The notes beneath the pieces are model-generated. The model saw only the letters and a list, made by a program, of their open reading frames with translations. It searched no databases and had not been told where the DNA came from. This document shows, piece by piece, positions 47,307 through 57,285 of a stretch of DNA of 64,000 nt (position 1 is the stretch's first letter; each line of letters starts with the position of its first letter). Source of the stretch: Firmicutes bacterium UBA5286 (GTDB lineage Bacteria > Bacillota > Proteinivoracia > UBA4975); NCBI GenBank assembly GCA_002408465.1, contig DHSM01000008.1, forward strand, positions 3,187-67,186, in the 5' to 3' direction. A program made the position numbers and the translations under genes.

Positions 47307-48242
47307 CTAGGAAAGCTGGTCAGCCAAAGTTCGAACTGCATACTGGTAAAAATTATCGCTGCCAAATTTATGGGAAATAGAATGACAGCGCAGCCAAAGG
47401 GGAGAGGAATTTTCTTGAGATCCCTTGGCCCCTTTCATGTTAGGTATTTCCTGGTGATGGGAGCTAATAATCGTTACCGGTCCGGAGATTGTCGGCAGAA
47501 AGTCCAGCTGGGCCCTGATTGCATCTGGATTTTTGCTTGCAATCACTATGGGGATTTCTCTGGCTGCTGCAATGTCAATAAAGTGCCTGCAGCTTTCAAT
47601 TTCACTTGCCATCATCAGCCCGTGAATGTAGCCGTTGCTGAGCAGGGGATGCAGGAGCTGGTCGTCTTCGGAAAAGGCTATGTAATTTAAGCCTGCGCCG
47701 GCAAGATATCTGCCAATATCAGCCTTGATGCCCATGGTCCCTACTGTTGGCGCGGGACAGCCGAAATTGTGGATGCTGCACAGGGACATGCCGCTGACGG
47801 CGAAGGCTGTGTTGCTCAGGAGGATTTTTATAACCGGGTTCATGGTATAAGCTGTCCCCGGCAGGTAAATCCGCATAACTTCCTTCCTGCCCTGCCATGT
47901 GCTGTTCCCGGTGAGGACTGCAACTTTTGGCAGGCCGAAGGGCATGGCGGCAAAGGCCCTGTCTGCCAAGTTGTATAAATGGGGTTCTTTCCCTAGAAGA
48001 GCAAGGATGCCATCGGCAATGCCCTGGGAATACAATTTTGAGATTGCCAGGTGGACACATTCCTCCAGGGGTTTCCCCGGATAGAGCTGGCGCAGTTCTC
48101 TGGCATTGAGATCGGCTGCCGCCACCCGTCGCCCGATATTTACTGAAATAACCCTGGTGGCAGTCATATGCAGCATCTCAATAATAAAACTTATTTCCGC
48201 CTCCCAGCGGATGAGATCCCCAATCAAGATTATTTGCTTCAT
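47307..48242 (-). CDS. Hypothetical protein (possibly Tm-1-like/UPF0261-related nucleotide-binding fold)
   Basis: ORF with SD ggagggga; no confident family assignment. Confidence 0.4.
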   Translation of the reverse strand: MKQIILIGDLIRWEAEISFIIEMLHMTATRVISVNIGRRVAAADLNARELRQLYPGKPLEECVHLAISKLYSQGIADGILALLGKEPHLYNLADRAFAAMPFGLPKVAVLTGNSTWQGRKEVMRIYLPGTAYTMNPVIKILLSNTAFAVSGMSLCSIHNFGCPAPTVGTMGIKADIGRYLAGAGLNYIAFSEDDQLLHPLLSNGYIHGLMMASEIESCRHFIDIAAAREIPIVIASKNPDAIRAQLDFLPTISGPVTIISSHHQEIPNMKGAKGSQENSSPLWLRCHSISHKFGSDNFYQYAVRTLADQLS

Positions 48243-48332
48243 CAAGCTCCCCTCCCGTGCTTAATATTTACGCCGGAGGAGAGGGGAGTATACATAGCAA
48301 GCCGCAGCCCGAGGGGGACTGCGGCATAAATT

Positions 48333-49715
48333 CTACTTATTGGCTTTATATTCCCACTGGGTGCCGTCCTTGGTATCCTTGACGGTGACTCCCCGGCGGG
48401 CCAGTTCATCCCGAAGCTGGTCGGACAGGGTCCAGTCCTTATTGGCCCGAGCTAGTTTGCGCTGCTCCAGGAGCGCGGCCAATTCCGGGGGCAATTCCCC
48501 TTGTTGGGGAGCAAACTCAGCATCCAATCTCAGGCCCAACACCTGATCGAATTTTGTCAGCAGGGCCTTGCCGCCGGCTTCTCCCGAACGGGCGGCTTCC
48601 CAGGCGTAGGAAAGAGCCAGAGGAACATTCAAATCGTCATTGATGGCGGACTGGAATTTGGCAAGCAAGTCCGGGGAAGGTTCCGCTGCATCTGCCGGCA
48701 GCTTCTGGTAGGCTTGGCGCAACCGCCAGAGGGCGGTCTGGGCTGCCTCCAGCCCCTCCCAGGTAAAGTTCAGGGGAGTGCGATAATGGGCATTGAGGCA
48801 CAGATACCGGAAGGCAATGGGGTCAAAGTGTCTTTCCCGGAGGCTGGCGACGGTATAAAAGTTGTTCAGGCTCTTGGACATCTTGCCCCCATCCACCTGC
48901 AGGAATTCCCCATGCAACCAGTATCTAACCCAAGTTTCGCCGGTCAGAGCTTCGGACTGGGCAATTTCGTTCTCATGGTGGATGGGCACGTGATCGACGC
49001 CGCCGGTGTGAATGTCAATTTTCCTGCCTAAGTACTTCATGGACATGGTCGAGCATTCAATGTGCCAGCCTGGGTAACCCGGGCCCCAGGGGCTGGGCCA
49101 TTGCATGATGTGCTCGGGGGGAGCGTCTTTCCAGAGGGCAAAATCTGCCGGGTGGCGTTTGCGTTCATTGATCTCGATCCTGGCGCCTGCCCTGAGGTCA
49201 TCCAGGCTCTGGCGGGAGAGCTTGCCGTAGCCTTCCAGCTTAGAGACGTCAAAATAGATGCCGTCGCCTTCAATGCGGTAGGCAAAGCCCCGGTTATTCA
49301 GCTCCCGAACAAAGTCCAGCATCTCCTGGATATGGTCGGTAGCTTTGCAGATAATTGTCGGTGTCAGGATATTCAGCTCATCTAAGCTGTGCATAAAGTC
49401 CTGGGTATAGAATTCTGCTATCTCCCACGGGGTTTTCTTTTCTCTTTTTGCCCCTTCCACTAATTTGTCCTCGCCTTCGTCGGCGTCAGAGACAAGGTGC
49501 CCCACATCAGTGATATTCATGACATGGGTTACAGCAAAGCCGTTATATTCCAGCATCCGCCGCAGCAGGTCGGCGAAGATATAGGAGCGCATGTTGCCGA
49601 TATGAGCGTAGTCGTAAACAGTTGGTCCGCAGACATACATCCCTGCCTTGCCGGGAACCAGGGGGGCGAAGATTTCTTTGGAACGACTGAGGGTGTTATA
49701 TAGTTTTATTTCCAT
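48333..49715 (-). CDS. cysS: Cysteine--tRNA ligase
   Basis: [13 protein letters not shown] (HIGH), KMSKS, C-terminal DALR domain. Confidence 0.9.
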   Translation of the reverse strand: MEIKLYNTLSRSKEIFAPLVPGKAGMYVCGPTVYDYAHIGNMRSYIFADLLRRMLEYNGFAVTHVMNITDVGHLVSDADEGEDKLVEGAKREKKTPWEIAEFYTQDFMHSLDELNILTPTIICKATDHIQEMLDFVRELNNRGFAYRIEGDGIYFDVSKLEGYGKLSRQSLDDLRAGARIEINERKRHPADFALWKDAPPEHIMQWPSPWGPGYPGWHIECSTMSMKYLGRKIDIHTGGVDHVPIHHENEIAQSEALTGETWVRYWLHGEFLQVDGGKMSKSLNNFYTVASLRERHFDPIAFRYLCLNAHYRTPLNFTWEGLEAAQTALWRLRQAYQKLPADAAEPSPDLLAKFQSAINDDLNVPLALSYAWEAARSGEAGGKALLTKFDQVLGLRLDAEFAPQQGELPPELAALLEQRKLARANKDWTLSDQLRDELARRGVTVKDTKDGTQWEYKANK

Positions 49716-49783
49716 GGCAAAAAACCTCCTTGAGCCTTTATTATAAGTCCTGGCGCGACTCTTGACAAGTTCGGGGACGGTCC

Positions 49784-50920
49784 TCAAATTTGTCGGCCTG
49801 CCAGGAAAATCCGCATAGCCCGCCCTGCCGCCGCCTCAAGCAGGCTGTCTGCTTGTGCCAGAGCCTGCTCCAAAGGCATGGGACCCGGGACAATGGGCTG
49901 CACTGCCGTTACTCCCGCACTATAAACCTCTTGGTAACCCGGGCCGAGAGCGCCGCAGAGGGCGATGACGGGAACATTTGCCTGTCCAGCCAATCTGGCG
50001 ATGCCGGACAGAGCCTTGCCCATGACAGACTGGCCGTCTATCTTGCCTTCACCGGTAAAGACCAGGTCTGCCCCCTGCAGATGGGAGGCGAAATTGATGG
50101 TGTCCAGGACCAGTTCAATGCCTGGCCGCACTACAACCGGGGAGATGATGCTCAAGCCTGCAGCTAGCCCCCCGGCGGCGCCGCTGCCGGGAAAGGAGGC
50201 AATGTCCTTGCCGACAGAATTCCGGACAACCTCAGCCAGCCTGGTCAAGGCCTGCTCCAAAACAGATACCATTGCCGGGTCGGCGCCCTTCTGGGGCCCA
50301 AATATCGCTGCTGCCCCCCGGGGCCCCAGCAGAGGATTGTCTACATCGCTGGCAACCTCAATCCTGGTCTTGGCCAGCCGCGGGTCAATATTATTAGTAT
50401 CTATAGTATGCAAGTCCAAGAGTCCCTGGGCATTAGGCGATATTTCCCTGCCACGTTCATCGAGCAGCGCTGCCCCCAAAACAGCTAGGGCGCCTGCGCC
50501 GCCGTCATTGGTGGCGCTGCCGCCAACTCCCAGAATAATCCGGGTGCAGCCTTGGTCAAGGGCGGCTCTTATTAGCTGGCCTGTGCCCAAGGTGCTGGTC
50601 AACAACGGATTGCGGCGGGGGAGCGGGACTAGGGGCAATCCGGAAGCCGCTGCCATCTCGATGACCCCGGTGCCGTCAGGGAGAATGCCCCAGGGGGCGC
50701 AAACTTCATCTCCCAGGGGGCCGCTTACCGCAGTCGAGACCAACCGGCCCCCAGCTGCCTTAACCAGGGCTTCGACAGTGCCCTCGCCTCCGTCGGCAAT
50801 GGGCAGGAGCACTGTTTCGGCGGCAGGCAGGACATCCCTGATGCCCCTGGCGATGGCCTCGGCGGCTTTAGCGGCACTAATGCTCTCTTTAAAGGAATCC
50901 GGCGCAATCAGGATTTTCAA
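49784..50920 (-). CDS. glxK: Glycerate kinase
   Basis: [17 protein letters not shown]-terminus and glycerate kinase family core. Confidence 0.8.
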   Translation of the reverse strand: MKILIAPDSFKESISAAKAAEAIARGIRDVLPAAETVLLPIADGGEGTVEALVKAAGGRLVSTAVSGPLGDEVCAPWGILPDGTGVIEMAAASGLPLVPLPRRNPLLTSTLGTGQLIRAALDQGCTRIILGVGGSATNDGGAGALAVLGAALLDERGREISPNAQGLLDLHTIDTNNIDPRLAKTRIEVASDVDNPLLGPRGAAAIFGPQKGADPAMVSVLEQALTRLAEVVRNSVGKDIASFPGSGAAGGLAAGLSIISPVVVRPGIELVLDTINFASHLQGADLVFTGEGKIDGQSVMGKALSGIARLAGQANVPVIALCGALGPGYQEVYSAGVTAVQPIVPGPMPLEQALAQADSLLEAAAGRAMRIFLAGRQI

Positions 50921-50989
50921 GTCATATCCTCCTTCGCTATAACAGGGGGTTAGCGATTAGTTCCAGCTCCCCCAACAACATCTTCCTGG

Positions 50990-51817
50990 TCAACTCGATA
51001 TAAGCGCCCAAATCTGCACAAGCGCCATTCCCCCGGCCAGAGCCAACAAAAAGCTCAGCAGCGTTCCCACCAAGTAGTATTCGGCGAACTGTTTTTTAGA
51101 GAGTTCGCTAAAGCGGGCGATGGATTTGGCGGCAAACACGACGCTTATTGCAGAAATATTCCCCGTCACTGTTAAGGTAAGTATGAGGATACGCTCTAAA
51201 ATCCCTATGTATTTCCCTGCAGCTACTTCCTTTCCTTGCTCATCAGCGACGGGATTCGGGACTTTATCCAATTCCTTTCTCTGGTCATCGTCTATGTAAC
51301 CCGGGGGGAAGACTTGATCCAGGGCGAAGCGGATTAGAACTGCGCCACCAAAGGCCACCAGGGTATAGACCGCCAGCCCGGAAACAACCCTTTCTGCCCC
51401 TGGGAACTGGCCCAAAGGGGCAAGCACTCCTGCATAGAATCCGGCAACCGCTGTATCCACGGGCCTGTCCAAAAGGCGCCATGCCCAGAGCAAAGTTAAT
51501 AGGTGCAAGGCCTGATCGATTAGCAGCCCTGGTACCCCGGGCTGTGCCTCCCTCTTCAAGATTTTAGCGTAGAGGGTGCGGCCAATGTTTTTCAGCCAGT
51601 CCAGGGCTACATGCGCCGCAGTCACCAGTCCCGCTGCCAAGAGGGCACTCTTCCAACCGTAAAAGTGAACTGCTACAAAGGTACATATTAACACGGCTAA
51701 ACCGTGGCTGGCGTATCCCTGCCACTTATTCTCGCACTTGGTAGCGCTAATCCCATTGGTCTGAAGGATAAAGTCCGCCAGACCATGGGCCAATACCAGT
51801 AGCCAAAAAAACAGCAT
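50990..51817 (-). CDS. DUF3307-family membrane protein
   Basis: Multi-TM protein with HxxxD-like motifs; paired with SatD-like gene. Confidence 0.45.
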   Translation of the reverse strand: MLFFWLLVLAHGLADFILQTNGISATKCENKWQGYASHGLAVLICTFVAVHFYGWKSALLAAGLVTAAHVALDWLKNIGRTLYAKILKREAQPGVPGLLIDQALHLLTLLWAWRLLDRPVDTAVAGFYAGVLAPLGQFPGAERVVSGLAVYTLVAFGGAVLIRFALDQVFPPGYIDDDQRKELDKVPNPVADEQGKEVAAGKYIGILERILILTLTVTGNISAISVVFAAKSIARFSELSKKQFAEYYLVGTLLSFLLALAGGMALVQIWALISS

Positions 51818-51868
51818 TGTTTTCCCCTCCTCACCTCTTAGTGGGTGATATTTACCATCTCACCTTGT

Positions 51869-52483
51869 TTAGGGTGATTTAAGCAAGCCTTCCGCCTGGG
51901 ATAAGCCCTGCTCAGCCTGGCGTATTTGCTGCCAATGGGCTGCCTTGCAGCGTTTTTGGACGTTCTGGGCCGCTACCCCCAGGATTTTTGCTGCAGCGGC
52001 ATAGGTCCCCGCCTGCTCATAGGTCATTACCGCCTCCCACTGCCCCGGAGTCCACCGGGACATCAGGGTATCGAAAAGGAGCCAGACGGAATTGATTAAG
52101 GTATCCAACCCGTCTTCCCCGGTCACTACCCGGGTTGCGGGGTCCTTACTGGCGGCAATGCTCTCCAGGGCCTTCCGGGCCCGGAAAAAGGCGGGACCGC
52201 TTAATTTCCAGGGGTCAGCCTCAAGCCTGCCATCATAGTACCCTGTCCCAATGCCAACCCGCAGTTTATGGGGCAGGCAACGCCAGCGCAGCATCCGTAC
52301 CAACTGGGGTGCCGAAAGCCACCCAGACATTATCCCCTGCACTTCATCTCCCCGGGAAACAGCGAAGGGGACCAGCAGAGCGGGATGGGCAAGCTCGTTG
52401 AGACTGCGGGTCAGGGTATCCTGATTCAGCCCGGCCTTTCGGGAACCAATTACATCCGCAGTAAGTACAGTTATTTTTCGCAT
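51869..52483 (-). CDS. SatD-family-like protein (putative regulator, family assignment tentative)
   Basis: MRKITVLTADVIGSRK N-terminus; SD ccggggg before ATG; assignment by recollection only. Confidence 0.35.
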   Translation of the reverse strand: MRKITVLTADVIGSRKAGLNQDTLTRSLNELAHPALLVPFAVSRGDEVQGIMSGWLSAPQLVRMLRWRCLPHKLRVGIGTGYYDGRLEADPWKLSGPAFFRARKALESIAASKDPATRVVTGEDGLDTLINSVWLLFDTLMSRWTPGQWEAVMTYEQAGTYAAAAKILGVAAQNVQKRCKAAHWQQIRQAEQGLSQAEGLLKSP

Positions 52484-52718
52484 AAAAACACCCCCGGTAG
52501 GGTTAACCTTCATGTTTAACCCTCTTGAGGGTGATATTCTCCAATTAGCGAAAAAATCCTGCTGGGCGCGTGATCTATCCCTTACGTGCTGCAAATTCGC
52601 GGTTGAATTTTACAGCAGATTGGGTAGCTCCCCCTTTCCCAGGAGGGTTAGTGTTCCCAATTGCCCTTCTTTGTGCTATACTTCTATATATCACGCTAGA
52701 GCTTATAAGGAGATTGCC

Positions 52719-52736
52719 ATGTTCATTCGTTCTTAA
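52719..52736 (+). promoter_or_regulatory. Five-codon leader mini-ORF (MFIRS) with near-ideal SD AAGGAG, upstream of Mph/APH-like + ABC-F pair
   Basis: aaggag-N6-ATG TTC ATT CGT TCT TAA seen in sequence. Confidence 0.35.
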
Positions 52737-52898
52737 CATCCAGTAATTATATACTGGCCTGGATTGCCCTCAACTTGAGGTTTGTTTGCATGCAATCCGG
52801 GAGGTTAAGAACAACAAACAGCAGTCTTTTAATATTGCTACTGTGCCAAAGACACAGTATGACTCTGGAGCCTAAGGCCCCAGAGCGCCCACGGCTGC

Positions 52899-52927
52899 AT
52901 GTGAAGTCTGTTCACAGCGGCTTTTTT
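52899..52927 (+). terminator. Weak hairpin + T-run (tgtgaa gtctg ttcaca gcggc tttttt) immediately upstream of phosphotransferase RBS; candidate attenuator
   Basis: 6-bp stem, 6-T run; placement just before SD of next gene. Confidence 0.3.
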
Positions 52928-52944
52928 ATTTGGAGGTGTAAAGA

Positions 52945-53832
52945 ATGAACGAATTCAAATTCACAAGTAAAGAGCTCATCAACAAAGGTTGGTCGGGTGA
53001 TAAAAAATACTGTGTCACCTCTGCCAAGGGCACAAAATATCTGCTGCGCCTATCTCCTGCTAAACAATATGAGCGTAAAAAGTCAGAATTTGAAATGATG
53101 AAGCATGCGGCTTCACTCGGAATTCCAATGTCCAAGCCCGTTGCATTCGGGACCTGTGACGAAGGCGTTTATTCCCTGCAAAGCTGGATTGAGGGTGTGG
53201 ATGCGGAGGAAGTCATCCCGACTTTCCCCGACACAGAGGTGTATGTATACGGTCTTGAAGCCGGACGAATCCTGAAACAGATTCATTCAATACCGGCACC
53301 GGAAACACAGGAGGTTTGGGAAATCCGCTTTAACCGCAAGATCGACCGCAATATTCAGAGGTATTCTGACTGCCCAATCAAATATGAAGGCGGACAGGCT
53401 TGTGTCAATTATATAATCGCCAACCGGCATTTGCTTGCTGATCGGCCCCAGTGCTATCAGCACGGAGATTATCATATCGGCAATATGTTGATTGATAAAA
53501 ACGGCAAACTTCAAATTATCGACTTTGACCGTTATGATTACGGCGATCCGTGGGAAGAGTTCAACCGTATTGTCTGGTGTGCCCAAAAGTCACCGTTGTT
53601 CGCTTCGGGCATGGTAAACGGCTATTTTGACGGTGAAGTGCCAATGGAGTTCTGGCGATTGCTTGCGCTATACATCTCAAGCAATACGCTTGCCTCCGTG
53701 CCTTGGGCTATCCCCTTCGGGCAGGAGGAAATCGATACGATGCTGAATCTGGCGAAGGAAGTATTGCAGTGGTACGACAACATGCAAAACCCTGTTCCGA
53801 CATGGTATTTCAAGGGCAACTATGCGCATTAA
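52945..53832 (+). CDS. APH/Mph-family antibiotic phosphotransferase-like kinase (low GC)
   Basis: Brenner motif HGDYHIGNMLID and DFDR.DYGDPWEEF typical of aminoglycoside/macrolide phosphotransferases. Confidence 0.65.
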   Translation: MNEFKFTSKELINKGWSGDKKYCVTSAKGTKYLLRLSPAKQYERKKSEFEMMKHAASLGIPMSKPVAFGTCDEGVYSLQSWIEGVDAEEVIPTFPDTEVYVYGLEAGRILKQIHSIPAPETQEVWEIRFNRKIDRNIQRYSDCPIKYEGGQACVNYIIANRHLLADRPQCYQHGDYHIGNMLIDKNGKLQIIDFDRYDYGDPWEEFNRIVWCAQKSPLFASGMVNGYFDGEVPMEFWRLLALYISSNTLASVPWAIPFGQEEIDTMLNLAKEVLQWYDNMQNPVPTWYFKGNYAH

Positions 53833-53932
53833 CAGGCAGCAATCAATAGGGCAGTTTATTGATGAATGGGAGGCTGCATTATGAACGGAATCAGGGTAAA
53901 AAAGATAGAGAAATTATACAGAGGTGATTTAT

Positions 53933-55648
53933 ATGCTATTGCGCTGCATTGACATAGAAAAGAGTTTCGGCGATTTATCCATCCTGAAAGGTGTATCCCT
54001 GGAAATTCGCCGGGGTGAGAAAATTGGCCTGGTGGGCAGCAACGGGGCCGGCAAAAGCACCTTGGCCAATATCATTTTCGGGGAGATGGCAGCTGATGCC
54101 GGCACAATCCTGCGCTATGACCAGGATATTCGGGTTGGCTACCTGCGCCAGGCTGCCGCTTATTCCCTTAATACCCTGAACGCCGTTCTGGCTGAACGCT
54201 CGGAGAGTTTTCTTGAGACCGCCAGTCAAATGGGCCTCAACCAAGTGGCCCGCTGGGATGAAGAGAGATTTCAAGCTTTAAGCGGCGGCGAAAAGACCAA
54301 GCTGGCTCTGGCCCAGGTGTGGACCTCCCGTCCGGATCTGCTCATTCTTGACGAGCCCACCAACCACATGGACATTCACGGGGTGGAGTGGCTGGCCGAG
54401 GAGATGAAAAAATACCAGGGGGCCGCCCTGATAATCTCCCACGACCGCTGGTTTCTGGATCAGGCAGTAACTCGCATTTATGAGCTGGAGTGGGGGAAGG
54501 CAAAAGAGTACCCGGGCAATTATTCCTTCTACCGGCAGGAAAAGCAGCGGCAATTTGCCAGCCAGCTTCACCGCTACCATACAGAGCAAAAGGAGCAGCG
54601 TCAGATTGAAGTGGAGATAACCCGGCTTAAACAGTGGTCTGCCAAAGCTCATCGGGAAGCAGGGAAGACAGATGAACATCTCAAAGAGTATGGCCGCAAA
54701 AAAGCAAAGCTCCGTGACCAGCAAATAAAGTCAAGGATTAAGATGCTGGAAAGGAAAAAAAGCGAAGGCACAAAGCGTCCCCGGGAGGAAAGCAGGCCGC
54801 AATTTGAGTTTGAGGCTGCAGGCAAACGGGGCCGGCGCATCATCGAGGCTACAGGCCTTAGTAAGAGCTATGGGCAGAAGACTCTCTTCACTAACAGCGA
54901 TTTCTTTATCCAGCGGGGAGAAAAGCTGGGGTTGATCGGTCCCAACGGCTGCGGCAAGACCACCCTTATTCGCATCATCTTAAATCAGGAGACACAAGAC
55001 AGGGGGGAACTGTGGCTGAGTCCCTCCTTAAAGCCCGGCTGCTTGAGCCAGGATATTACAGACATTGACACAGAAAAAAACGCCCTGGAGATAATGGGAG
55101 TAAGCCAAAAGGATGAAGTTACCCAGGTCAGAACTATGCTGGCCAATATGGGTTTTGATGCCGCCATGGTTGCAAAACCGGCGGCAAAGCTAAGCCTGGG
55201 CGAGCGGACCCGGCTCAAGCTGGCCGCAATGATAATCCAGCAAAACGACCTGTTAATCCTGGACGAACCCACTAATCACCTGGATCTCCACAGCCGGGAG
55301 ATGTTGGAGGAAACCCTGTTGGATTACGACGGCACCATCATTATTGCTTCCCATGACCGCTACCTGCTGGAGCGGGTCTGTGATAAGCTGCTGGTCTTTG
55401 CCGACGGGACCATCACCAAGCTGGCTTATGGTTTCAAGGAATATAAGCGAAAAACTGAAGAGACAGTAACAGGAACAGGACTAAAAACAAAAGCTGAAAC
55501 AGACAAAGAGAACTTACTGGTAATAGAGACAAGGATGGCCTGGATTGTCAACGAGCTGGGCAAATACACCCCTGAAGAAGAACAGTACTTTGAACTGGAT
55601 CAGGAGTTTCAAAAACTTGTCCAAAAAAAGAGAGAACTGAGCCAATAA
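53933..55648 (+). CDS. ABC-F family ATPase (tandem ABC domains, long charged linker and C-terminal extension; possibly ARE-type)
   Basis: Two Walker A (GSNGAGKST, GPNGCGKTT), two ABC signatures (LSGGEK, LSLGER), ~100-aa K/R/E/Q-rich linker; ATG start with gaggtga SD (ORF track starts at GTG 53924). Confidence 0.8.
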   Translation: MLLRCIDIEKSFGDLSILKGVSLEIRRGEKIGLVGSNGAGKSTLANIIFGEMAADAGTILRYDQDIRVGYLRQAAAYSLNTLNAVLAERSESFLETASQMGLNQVARWDEERFQALSGGEKTKLALAQVWTSRPDLLILDEPTNHMDIHGVEWLAEEMKKYQGAALIISHDRWFLDQAVTRIYELEWGKAKEYPGNYSFYRQEKQRQFASQLHRYHTEQKEQRQIEVEITRLKQWSAKAHREAGKTDEHLKEYGRKKAKLRDQQIKSRIKMLERKKSEGTKRPREESRPQFEFEAAGKRGRRIIEATGLSKSYGQKTLFTNSDFFIQRGEKLGLIGPNGCGKTTLIRIILNQETQDRGELWLSPSLKPGCLSQDITDIDTEKNALEIMGVSQKDEVTQVRTMLANMGFDAAMVAKPAAKLSLGERTRLKLAAMIIQQNDLLILDEPTNHLDLHSREMLEETLLDYDGTIIIASHDRYLLERVCDKLLVFADGTITKLAYGFKEYKRKTEETVTGTGLKTKAETDKENLLVIETRMAWIVNELGKYTPEEEQYFELDQEFQKLVQKKRELSQ

Positions 55649-55656
55649 ATCTTCCT

Positions 55657-55686
55657 TGAACTCAGCATCTGAAAAGTGTATAATAC
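55657..55686 (+). promoter_or_regulatory. Sigma-A promoter TTGAAC-N17-gtgTATAAT for tRNA-Val
   Basis: Seen in sequence, 7 nt upstream of tRNA 5' end. Confidence 0.55.
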
Positions 55687-55693
55687 AGCCATT

Positions 55694-55768
55694 GGGGCTG
55701 TAGCTCAGTGGGAGAGCGCTTGACTCACATTCAAGAGGCCGCAGGTTCGAAACCCGCCAGCCCCACCA
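55694..55768 (+). tRNA. tRNA-Val (anticodon CAC), one A.C mismatch in T-stem
   Basis: Acceptor ggggctg/cagcccc perfect; anticodon loop ctCACat with U33/A37; T-loop ttcgaaa; CCA encoded. Confidence 0.7.
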
Positions 55769-55782
55769 TAAAAGTCCTTGAA

Positions 55783-55812
55783 CCTCAGGTGGTATCTACA
55801 CCTGGGGTTTTT
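55783..55812 (+). terminator. Rho-independent terminator after tRNA-Val
   Basis: ctcaggtg gtatctac cacctgggg ttttt. Confidence 0.6.
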
Positions 55813-55909
55813 ATTTCCCCCGAAAAAAAATGAGAGAAATACGGGTTTGACGAAATTTTGACGGAATTAGGTTTTGAGATGTCATTTTCACCTCGCGGCT
55901 AAGTAATCA

Positions 55910-56932
55910 TCAATCCAATTTCAACCACAATTTTACTTCAGGTACAGGCCGATTTAGCTGTTCTGCAATTTCATCAATTGTCTTGAGTCCACCTCGATAC
56001 CATTTCCTTGCCCGGTTTTGCATTGCGCTGTATCTGTTCGCACATGGGGTATTCTTGACGGGAATATCGCTGTATTCTGGGCAGAATTTTTGGCGAGATG
56101 AAGTGGAGGCAAATTTTTTGCCACAAAAAAGGCATTCCTTGAACACTTGTTTTCCAGGAATTCTTGTGACTAGATTATAAATCTGTAACCATATAGCTCC
56201 AAGCAAGTTTGTAGATATATATCCAGGATAGAAATTACCGTCTTTGTCAAGTTCCGCAAAGGGAGATACTGATTTAAGGTTGGAACTAAGGGTTCGGACA
56301 ATAATCATCTGTATTATATCTTCAAAACGTGTGTTCAGGTATTCCCTTCTAGGTTGCCAATAGCTAGGGTTATAGTGTTCCAGTAACTCAAATTGTTCTG
56401 TCTCAGTGAAAATTGCTCCAGCTTTAATATCCTCGAGGATGAAAAACCCATCAACGATAGTTTTTATTTCTATTACAGAGTTAATAAAAAAATTTCGTGA
56501 CTCCAAAATACCCTCCATATTCGAGCATCTATTTGTTGGAGTTATATTAGATAGGCTTGACATCTGATCCAAGGGCCCATACTCATTATAAAAGGCAATA
56601 GATTCGTCCGTGTTTCGAGGATCTATGTTAAGAATTTTAAATAGGATGGACTCATCTTCGAAGGGAACATACGTCCTTGTGGGCATCTGGAGCGTATTTT
56701 TTGAGGGGTTGCTTATACTCTTAACTAAAGCAGGTTGTTGGTTCTGATTATTAGAGAGAAATTTCTGGAATTCATCAGTCTCTGTATACCATTGGGCAAC
56801 AAAATAATCCTCTTGAATTTTGCCCATACGAAGATTCTCAACAATAATATATGGAGCATGAACAATTTGATGGGCTTTATAACTGAATGTAAAGCTCCGT
56901 GATGGTGCTGTTATACAATTTTTTGAACTCAT
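55910..56932 (-). CDS. Hypothetical protein (340 aa) with C-terminal zinc-ribbon-like Cys motifs, low GC, between tRNA-Val and element regulators
   Basis: CLFCGKKF...FCPEY...PCANRY cluster; no other recognisable motif. Confidence 0.55.
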   Translation of the reverse strand: MSSKNCITAPSRSFTFSYKAHQIVHAPYIIVENLRMGKIQEDYFVAQWYTETDEFQKFLSNNQNQQPALVKSISNPSKNTLQMPTRTYVPFEDESILFKILNIDPRNTDESIAFYNEYGPLDQMSSLSNITPTNRCSNMEGILESRNFFINSVIEIKTIVDGFFILEDIKAGAIFTETEQFELLEHYNPSYWQPRREYLNTRFEDIIQMIIVRTLSSNLKSVSPFAELDKDGNFYPGYISTNLLGAIWLQIYNLVTRIPGKQVFKECLFCGKKFASTSSRQKFCPEYSDIPVKNTPCANRYSAMQNRARKWYRGGLKTIDEIAEQLNRPVPEVKLWLKLD

Positions 56933-56960
56933 TTCGAACTCCTTTCAACCTCAAAATAGT

Positions 56961-56995
56961 TAAGGATAAGATAAGGATAAGATAAGGATAAAATC
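56961..56995. repeat. Tandem hexamer repeat (GATAAG/ATAAGG x5) in divergent intergenic region
   Basis: taaggataagataaggataagataaggataaaa seen in sequence. Confidence 0.7.
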
Positions 56996-57060
56996 TCTAG
57001 ACTTCCCTTACTCGAAAGTATATCATTCTCCTAAAGCATGTTCAAGGAGGAGGACAAGTA

Positions 57061-57276
57061 ATGCTTAGATTGACATTGGAACGACGGAAACGGAATCTCA
57101 CGAGGGCAAAGTTAGGTGCGTTGGCAGACATTCATCCAAGCGAAATTGGAAGAATAGAAAGTGGGCGGCTAAAGCCCTACGACCCCTGGATTCTACGCCT
57201 AGAGAAGGTGCTTGGCGTTCCTGGGGACGAGCTCTTTGAGGAAGTAGACGACATTGACAACGGACAGTGCGGTTAG
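57061..57276 (+). CDS. XRE-family HTH transcriptional regulator (Cro/CI-like)
   Basis: LTRAKLGALADIHPSEIGRIESG HTH pattern. Confidence 0.65.
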   Translation: MLRLTLERRKRNLTRAKLGALADIHPSEIGRIESGRLKPYDPWILRLEKVLGVPGDELFEEVDDIDNGQCG

Positions 57277-57285
57277 AGGAGGTGG

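Noticed and set aside
49965-50942. 325-aa plus-strand ORF rich in Pro/Ala/Ser
   Set aside because: Antisense to glycerate kinase; compositionally biased. Spurious.
52512-52736. 74-aa ORF ending at the same stop as the MFIRS leader
   Set aside because: Overlaps the SatD-like gene's promoter region on the other strand and has no SD. Only the terminal 5-codon ORF has a ribosome-binding site.
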